Positions 55,501-64,000 of a DNA stretch of 64,000 bases are shown here, piece by piece. The notes beneath the pieces were generated by a model. It was not told where the DNA came from, made no database searches, and saw nothing but the letters and a program-made list of their open reading frames with translations. This stretch comes from Botryllus schlosseri (Eukaryota), in the NCBI GenBank assembly GCA_051294905.1, contig CM119379.1:23250001-23314000 (forward strand), written 5' to 3'. The position numbers and the translations under genes were made by a program. The stretch's first letter is position 1. Each line of letters opens with the position of its first letter.

Positions 55501-58500
55501 TTAATCAGTGAATCCCTGGAATCGGGGAAAAGAGTTATTTTTGAACAACCCTAACGTCCAGTCAAAGTAGTCTTGACATGTTTTGGAAACTGCTACTTTT
55601 ACGTGTAATTGAGTTGGTATATATGACGTTAATTGTTCTTATCGAGAAGCAAAGCTGGCTAATTACTACACCTCTGACCAAAACTATATCGCTACTCGTA
55701 CACTAGACTGGTACACGATCGGGAATTGACTCTGCACGACGGCACGCGACTCATTTCCGCCGACAAGTACGACGAAATGAGCGGCAAGCTCGAGATGACC
55801 GGAAAAGAAATGTCCGAGCGCGGCGTGTTGCGAATTCACCCGGCGTTTCGAATCGTGGCGTTGGCGGAACCGCCGAAAGCGGGCTCGCCGAATCAGCAGT
55901 GGTTGAACCCGGAGGTGTTGACTTTGTTTTTGTACCATCACATGACGCCGCTGACCGTACAAAACGAGATGGAGATCATACAAAGCATGGTGAGTGTTCT
56001 GGCGACTTTATGTAGTGTACATTAGGGATGTTCAAAAATAACTTTTTTTCAAATTTTACTAGGTACTTAATAAAATGGTTAGGTTGCCAAAAAAATAACT
56101 TTGCACACCAATTTCGTTTCAAATCCAACGTATGTAAGCATTGCTATATAAGAAACAAGTTTTGGATTTGGTTAATAAAAAGAAATATTTCAAACATGAG
56201 TTTTATGAAGAATAAACCATTCACCACGGCCTTCGAGTCGCGCTCACCACTCTAGAACCAAGCTTCAAAGTACTTTATCAAGACATTAAAAAAATGCCAA
56301 TTGTCCCACTAGCTTAGACTACAGAACATTGAATACGTTTCATTTGTTGCTTTTGCAACAATACCGCTCTACTGGATTTTGTATATTGTTTTATAGTATT
56401 ACAATCGTAAGACACAACTTCCAGGGCTTACTCGGTTGGTTATGTTTTTACTGCAATACTTAAGCTTCTACTTCAGACAACTTCCACTTCTACGTATATT
56501 TATAATTTGGATTTTGAGATGTAGAAAGTAGTTTTGGCATATGTCTGCATGGCTTAAATTGTGAGCGGTATTATTACGACAACTAGTTGAAATAGCCCTT
56601 GTATCCTAGTAACTGAATGTTCTCTAAAATTGCACCTGTTCGTAATGTTGGTTATTTTGCGTTAGTGGCGAAGATGCGCCTGTACCATGCATTTATAGAG
56701 TAGCCGTTTCCAATTGATGTCGTTTTTCTTGGATTCAGGCCTCTCTTTGCTAAATGGAAACGGGGTAGAAATAGAATCATAATCTCCCCTGCAATGATGA
56801 AGGTTTCTGATCTCAAAATTGCGATTGATTAGCAAAGAGGTGAAAACAATACTGTCACACTGAGAAATGATATTTGTAGTAATAAATGCTAATTAGACTA
56901 AATTAGAGCGAAATGCCAGTAATCTAGCTATAATGTAATTTGTGAAATGTTTTTATACTCTAATTCTCATCTAACTTATTGTTTTCCTGGAAATGCCTCA
57001 TTGTCCGCGGCATTTTGCAGCAAGCTAACAAGGATAGTGTTTCTAATTCTAACCTTATTTGGAGAAAACTGTGTGGTTCTAATCCGAATCTGATTTCGTA
57101 ATAATTTTGTAGCTTTAATTCTAATCTAGTATGGAAAAAACTGTGTGGTTCTAATCCGAATCTGATTTCGTAATAATTTTGTAGCTTTAATTCTAATCTA
57201 GTATGGAAAAAACTGTGTAGCTCTGATACTAATCTGATTTCGCGAAAATTGTGTAGCTCTAGTTTTAATTCTAATCTAATTTGCAAAAGCTGCAAATATT
57301 CTAGTTGTCCAATTCTGCACGAAGGGGGCAAGGCGGCCTACAGTTTGAAACTCCCGACTTAGACCGCGCCTCCGACGTCTCATTTTGTTTCAGGTGCCGG
57401 GCATTACAACATCGCAAGCGTCCGACTTGCTCAATTTCGTTCATCATCTTCGTGACTCGACCGACGCCAACATGCAATCGGTGGCGAGCTCGTTGTCGAC
57501 ACGACAATTGTTGAGGATAGCGAGAAGACTGGAAAGGTTTTACAAAGAGACGTCTTCCGCCGATAAAAATGCAATTTCTGACGCAGTTCACAAGGCTTGT
57601 TTGTCAAGGTAAGTCGATGCATGCTGTGGAAGAATAGGCACCACCTGTAATCACAGGACACCCTGATTGCGTCTAAATTTCGCCAGGTTTCTGCCCCAGC
57701 TAGCGAGGAGCGCACTCGGCGATGCGTTGAAGAAAAATGAACTACCCGGCATTGGATTAGATGTTGCCAAACTGAATCCGGGAGATATAACGTGTGAGTT
57801 GCATATTGCATTACACGATGGCTGCAAGATTACTGGAAGGTTTCCAAGTCTGTGAATGTTCCGATTCTTCTTTTTTGAATGTAATCAAAGTCAACAGTGC
57901 CTGATGATATTCTAGCGGATGGTTTACAGAAAAATTTTACGCACTGTAACCTTGCTATGTGTGATTAATCGATATGCTACGTAAAACTATATGAGTAAGA
58001 GCATTTTAAATGTCCCCACATCAAACCGCTCGATTAAGAAGCTGAGTATTTGAGTAACATAAGATTAAGGGCCGTATGCACCAACATGTTTTGAACCCAA
58101 ACTGGAGCTCAAACAGGGGTTCAGGAGATATTTTCAAAGCACCAACACCGAAACGTCAATGATCTAGCGTTCACTCGCGCCGAATTTGATCGAAAAGTAA
58201 ACAACCGCGGGAGGTTGTTTAAAACGTAGATCAGTGCTTTGGCTTGATTGTCGCTGATCGTGGTCTCCTGTTTCTCGCGACTGGTTGACTGTAAATTGGT
58301 TCATGGTGAAGACGTAGGTGCACTATTTTCTATCTTTCCGTAAATTAGCAGACTTTCTAAGCTGTAGGAATAGATTTTATATGTTTCCGAACCCAGTTTC
58401 ACCAATGTGAGGCCGAATGGCTTACAGTTTACTGTTAGTTGATTGGTATACCGGTATTAGCAAGTTTAGTGGTGTACCAGGAAATCCATATAACTGCCTC

Positions 58501-61500
58501 AAGGTACTGGTAATGAAGATGTGATATTCTTGTCTTGCGCCTTGTAGGTTTGAATGAAAGACCTTTGGGTCAAAAATATATGGAAATTATGACCAAGTCT
58601 GACGTCTGTAGGTATACTGTGTACAGTTTTTGAAGTACCCTACGGGGTGCAATTGATGAGGCGTTTTCCCTATAAAGCTTGATATATTTCACCATCATTG
58701 AAGCTATGCCAGTACAGCCGATATTACAGTAGATTGTCATCATAGCCCAAATGACCGGGTTGGAATCCCGGTACGTTTAGCGTAATATATTTGGTGTACC
58801 AAGACGGTTTTCAGCGTCACACCTGTGTGTATTAGTAGAATCTTTGATGTGCACGAGACACCGATTCCATATTGGCGAAATGGAAAGCACGTAGCTGCCG
58901 GCTGCCAATGTCACGGCATGTCATGAATTGCTGAATCCTCTTTTATGTAACTGTTTTAAGTTTAGTATGAAGTATGAGTACGGAATTTAGTAAAATGGAC
59001 CTAATACAAAACTGAAAGTAGATTTGCTTGATAATGATGTAGGTTGTCGATTGAGTAGTGGGAGCAGAAGTTGTATGGATTTGTACTAGACGTCAGGAAT
59101 CGTGGTCCTGTGATTTGCGCTCACGGTCGGCTGCAGATAGGTTGGTTTTGGAGCCGCATGTCTTGCAAATCTTTATATTATAGTAATTTTACAGGTTTTA
59201 GGTTACATGAGTGAAATATAACAACAATAAAGCGTTTCACTAATCTGGATATTCTCGGAATAGGTCACAGTCAATGAGTACCGGCATTATCAAGTGATGT
59301 CGGCCAAGAGACCATCCTCAAAAATGTGCATAATATGCAAAAATATTATGTTGGAAGAAGACGCATTTACAGATACAAAAGAATCACCATCAAACTGAAG
59401 GTTATCGATTCCGATTTTGATGTACTTCGCAAAGAAGAGGGGACTAACTATCCTGAGTCGTATGTCAATCGCTAGAGATTTGGGCTGAATATCATTACAA
59501 AGTTATCTGTCTGAGTCAAATTCCCCAAAAAGTAAATGACTGCAAGAATACTCTACTGGTAGGACCGAGAAATCAAGAAACCAGTCATGGAAATGTGCAT
59601 AATATGACTGATTTGGAATTGAATCATGTTGGGGGAAGGTAGCCTACATCAACATGGACCACATTCATCTCGATTTCTACAATATCATCAACATGCAACT
59701 GAAGGTCATCCATTCTGATATGGATTTACTGTTCAAAGAGGTGACAAACTGCTCTGGGCCAAACGTCAATTGCTAGAGATTTGGGCTGAATATCATTACG
59801 GTACAAAGTTTGCTGTCGTGTCAAATTCCCCAAAAAGTCAATGACTACAAGAATACTCGAGTGGTAGGACCGTGAAATCAAGAAACCAGTCATGGAAATG
59901 TGCAAATATGACCGATTTGGAATTGTACCATGTTGGGGGAATGTAGCCTACATCAACATGGACCACATTCATCTCAATTTCTACAATAGCATCAACAATT
60001 CAACATGCAACTAAAGATTGTCCGTTCTGATATTGATGTACTGTGCCAGTGTGCCTGTGTAATGATGGGACTAACTACCTTGGTCCGAAAGTCAATTTCT
60101 TTAGATTTTGACTGACCGTCATTCCGAAGTTTGATGCTTGAGTCAACTCGCCAAAAATATGAATATACCACCAATCAAAATATAGTGAATGATTAGATCG
60201 ACTCTGAAAAATGCTTCGGTTGGCACTATGACAAGGGATGTACAAATCTTACATATTCTATGACAAATAATCTTTTATCTCTAGCAAGGTGCTGACAATA
60301 ATGCTTGAAAGAATTCGGTATGTATAGCATGGTATTTTATCATGTCTAGCAGAAAATGTTAGGTGTGCAAACTGTGCAGTACTCATGATTGAAAGAAAAG
60401 GTTTTTACTTGGATGAGTTTGTCTTTGTAGACTATTTTCATTTCATGTGTTTGGCTATCATCATAATTTATTGTGTGTTGATGAAGACCAGACCCTGGAG
60501 ATTCCTATATACTCAACAAAAATGCAAATTGAAGGATTTCAGTTCTTTTCACAAACTGTTCAAGTATACAACATGAACATGAACAATGAAATAAGTCTAT
60601 CGAATTGTGTTACTTTATCAGTTGAGAATGTTGAATATATGCTGTGCAGATATGGTACTTGGATTGGATTGTCGGGCTATTGAGAGAACACAGTAATGGT
60701 GGAATCTCGGCAAGTTTTGCGCAATTGATTAGGGGAGCACTGATGATTCTCAAGGTGACAGTAAGGTACTCCCAAGGAATTAAGGGAGCACAGGACACTC
60801 ATTCCGTTCGGGTTAGATTCGAATGTGGATAAAACAACAAAGGTGACATTCCGCACTGTGAACACACAGAACAAGTTGTGCGTGGTGAAGACAGCGGGTG
60901 AAAAGCGCCATTGGCCCCTCGATTTTTACAGACAGTGTGGTGTCAAATATATATTCATAAGCCAGGATATTGTAAATTTTCGCCCTGTCCTTCAATTTAC
61001 CTCCTAGCAGGGCATCGCCAGTAAAGTCATGATAAAATTTTGGAACTCTGAAAGCATGATGGCAAAGCTAGCCATGGTATTTGATTCGAAAATGGTTACA
61101 AAAATATAGCCGGAGTTTTTTGAATGCGCTCAGCTGCTCATCATTGAAATAGACATCGCGCTAGCGACCGCTGAGTTCCAGAAAAAACTTGTTTTGTTTA
61201 CTATTCCGTCGGCCTTGAGTAGCTTTTCAGGGTACAAATTGAGCATCTATTTACTGAACGCTAGCTCGTCTCAATGATCATCAGTTCGTCTGAACGGCGT
61301 TTAAATATTGATGGTTTTGAACTGATGTTCCGTTTGAGTTATGTTCGAGCGAACAGACTATCTGACTTGAACGTGTTCAATGTTGGTGCATACGGCCCTA
61401 AGAGTAGTACATAAATCCTTCCCTCTGTATTAAATGCTATATGTATTTCTGAGCAGGGAAAATTCCACAAGTAATGCTTTGAGCTTTGTAATCCTCATCA

Positions 61501-64000
61501 TCCACACGATACTGGTTGCATGTTGGTAGCAACTAAGAATTGTTTTCTCTTTCACACAGGCGAGATAAAGGATGCGACTCTTCGAATTGGCGACACGTAC
61601 GCGCCGGTCTACACAAAAACTTTCGAGAGCGGCGCATCAACGGCTAAAGTCCCGGACATTGTGTTTTACGACAACGCGCAGCATTTATCCGTGATGCAAG
61701 ACATGCTACAAGATTATATATTAGGAGAGCACATACTGCTTGTTGGCAATCAGGTTTGTAACGAGGAAAATTTTTCTTGTGGTAAAATTCGTTTAGCTCG
61801 CGCTTCCTTTCAGGGAGTGGGAAAGAATAAGATCGTGGATCGATTTTTGCACCTTTTGAACAAGCCCAGAGAATACCTACAACTTCACAGGTACTCGGAA
61901 ATTAACGAAAAGATGATAAGATAGCTGGCCTGCGGTGACGGGATACAAAATCATCTGCAGTTCGTGTAACACAGAAAAATAGGTTTTGGTTAAATTATGG
62001 AGTATAATAATAAGAGAATAATGATAAGAGAACAAATTTCTACAAAAGTCAGATATTAGTCAAGATGACAAAATCCACAAATCGATTTTATATAAGAACA
62101 AAGGTAATGGCAATCTAACTCTTCGTAGACCACCTCACGCCAATACCTTTATGATCATATCGAAACTAACATCACGCCAACACATCCAGGCTATGTCATT
62201 GTCCTTGTCCATACTACTACTAATATGTGACGTAATAATTCATACGTAATAGCTCGAAGGAAATAATAGTTGTAATGACAATTCTGTGATAATTCTGATA
62301 CACACAAATATTGTCGTTGTCGTCGTTTCTTTACACTGTCGTTGATTGAAGAATCCTAGGTTGTACGTATAGTTAACTAAGTTATAACTTAATACAACCA
62401 AAAACTCCAATGTTAATTCTACATTCATGCATCGAACAAGCAGGTTGCCGGCTCGGAAGTCTCTGATTCAGATATTAATTTCCTACATGCCGCTTCAGAG
62501 ACACTACGGTACAAAGCCTGACTGTTCAACCCACCGTGAAAGACGGAACGATCGTTTACGAGGACTCGCCTCTGGTGCGAGCCGTGAGACTGGGACACGC
62601 GTTGGTGGTCGATGAAGCGGACAAAGCGCCGACGCACGTAACCTGCGTGCTGAAGAATCTTTTGGAGAGCGGACGCGCCACTCTGGCTGATGGGCGGAAA
62701 ATCGTGTCCGGTAATTGGAATTGTTTTGTTCTGAGAATGTGGCGGGTTTGGCTTGGTGGATGTATAATGTTTGTTTCTGGCAGTGGTTTTCAATGCGAGT
62801 AATATTGCCCTCAGGTGGAATAGTTTGAGAGAAAGGCGGATGAAAATGTGAGAAGAGTAATTTTGCGCAGAAATGTAACGCGCGAATAGCCGAGTTGCTA
62901 AAATATTGCCACTCAAGTCCGTTACAACCTTGCGTGATAAGCAAATATATATTCATTCTTTAAAACAGATGAAGCCGAACTGAGCAATCTCCTGACGTCG
63001 TACCAGGACGAAGACGTGATCGTCATGCACCCGGGTTTCCGCATGTTTGTTCTCGCCAACCGACCCGGATTTCCATTCCTCGGAAACGACTTCTTTGCCG
63101 CCATGGGTGAGTGGCCGACGTTCTGACTTCTCTACGTTCTGTGACCAGAGTAAAGTACAAGTATATCGTTCCTGTCTGTCCAGGCGACGTGTTCAGTTGC
63201 CACGCCGTCGACAATCCCAGCGTCGAGTCTGAACTGAAAATGCTGCAGCAATACGGAGTGGACGTGCCTGAACACGTACTGCGGAAGTTGGTGGCCGCGT
63301 TCGGGGAGCTACGCGCCATGGCGGACGAAGGATTGATCTCGTATCCCTACTCCACTAGAGAGGTCGTGAACATTGTCAAGCATTTGCAGGTGGGTGATTG
63401 TGATTGCTGATAATGCAGCAGTGAGGGTGTCGACGATTAGGTTTGTCTTGCCTTGGTACTCTATTACATGTAGAATTAGCAATTTTCAAGAGTCCGTGGG
63501 CATGCGACACTTGAGCATGTGGGTAATAATTGGGGTGATGGCCAGGTATAGTTTAGATTGAGGATAGGGTTAGGGTTAGATTTGAGGTTGTGAAACCACA
63601 TCCCAAAGTGGCACATACTGAAGTGTCGCATGTGTCAGGCAACCAAGACTAAACTACTTCAAGTTGTGCCACAATGTGAAACATAGTCTCCTCATGGCGT
63701 AGTATCTGTAGGCAAAACGATTGAATACCCAGAAAAAGTTAAAAAGTACTTTGTTACTGACTATATCTGGCCAAATCACATCCTAATTCACACTCATAAA
63801 TTCATAAACAAGCCATTTTCTTATGCTACATTCATCAAGTGCCAAATACACAATATGTCCGCCGCACGCTGGGCCTGTTTTTCCGACTGTCTTAACATTG
63901 CTGTATATTGGTCACAGGAATTTCCGAAAGAAGGCCTCGCCAGCGTGGTTCGGAACGTTTTCGATTTCGACGCGTACTCGATTGAATCGAGACAACAGGT
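49535..64000 (+). CDS. VWA8: von Willebrand factor A domain-containing protein 8 (mitochondrial AAA+ ATPase), 5' part
   Basis: Exons: 49535-49643, 49703-49780, 50071-50207 (HLRWIAQKDLLGQDIFLIGPPGP), 50631-50741, 50951-51118, 52833-52997, 53059-53223, 53452-53550, 53722-53859, 53911-54039, 54845-55083 (GGK|GSGKT), 55707-55989, 57394-57608, 57687-57793, 61560-61753, 61814-61890 (GNQ|GVGKNK), 62499-62710 (VVDEADKAP), 62969-63106, 63184-63389, 63918 to the window end. Collinear with vertebrate VWA8 as recalled. Confidence 0.95.
51410..52524. mobile_element. Non-autonomous DNA transposon (CAT...ATG ends, 8-bp TSD; hAT- or P-like)
   Basis: TIRs CATAGGCGCCG / CGGCGCCTATG; perfect TSD GTAACAAA; degenerate internal minisatellite at about 51920-52290. 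Confidence 0.9.
54251..54654 (+). mobile_element. GACTCGAGTC-rich hAT MITE, internally deleted
   Basis: Both TIRs present; no recognisable TSD. Confidence 0.8.
57040..57290 (+). repeat. 72-bp tandem repeat (about 3 copies) in a VWA8 intron
   Basis: AAAACTGTGTGG at 57065 and 57137, with a third degenerate copy; built from CTAATCTGATT/TAATTCTAAT motifs. Confidence 0.88.
58069..61398. mobile_element. 3.3-kb PIF/Harbinger element with no intact transposase
   Basis: 19-bp TIRs GGGCCGTATGCACCAACAT; TAA on both sides; makes up most of the 57794-61559 VWA8 intron. Confidence 0.9.
59300..60130 (+). repeat. About 300-bp tandem repeat, 3 diverged copies, inside the Harbinger element
   Basis: GTCAAT-GCTAGAGATTTGGGCTGAATATC at 59464 and 59765; AAATGTGCA blocks near 59322, 59591 and 59896. 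Confidence 0.85.

Noticed and set aside
56960-57331. 123-aa repetitive ORF (LELKLQNYYEIRFGLEPHSF)
   Set aside because: Translation of the 72-bp intronic tandem repeat, antisense to VWA8.
40021-64000. Functional cluster or operon of tdh, NUP210 and VWA8
   Set aside because: The functions are unrelated, tdh is on the opposite strand, and 1.46 kb separates NUP210 from VWA8 with no direct evidence of co-transcription.

Overview
AT-rich, intron-containing metazoan genomic DNA, plausibly an ascidian/tunicate (inferred from general features only). No prokaryotic, CRISPR or phage system is present. The left 45 kb is a tandem segmental duplication. Each copy carries a multi-exon secreted protease built from symmetric phase-1 ShK-like and thrombospondin type-1 (TSP1) exons fused to a trypsin domain. 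Copy A (2375-14438) is 5'-truncated by the window; copy B (23684-37758) is complete at about 773 aa. Both copies look intact but differ in module content. Downstream of copy B lie an intronless, bacterial-like Zn-dependent L-threonine 3-dehydrogenase (minus strand) head-to-head with an intronless NUP210/gp210, followed by intron-rich VWA8, which runs off the window. Downstream of copy A the same tdh and NUP210 survive only as deleted relics. Introns and spacers are full of non-autonomous DNA transposons: hAT-type MITEs, Harbinger elements, a Sola-like transposase relic, a G-rich foldback element and a tRNA-SINE. Many show target-site duplications (TSDs) and empty sites in the paralogous copy. 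All exon structures were inferred by hand from reading frames and GT-AG sites.
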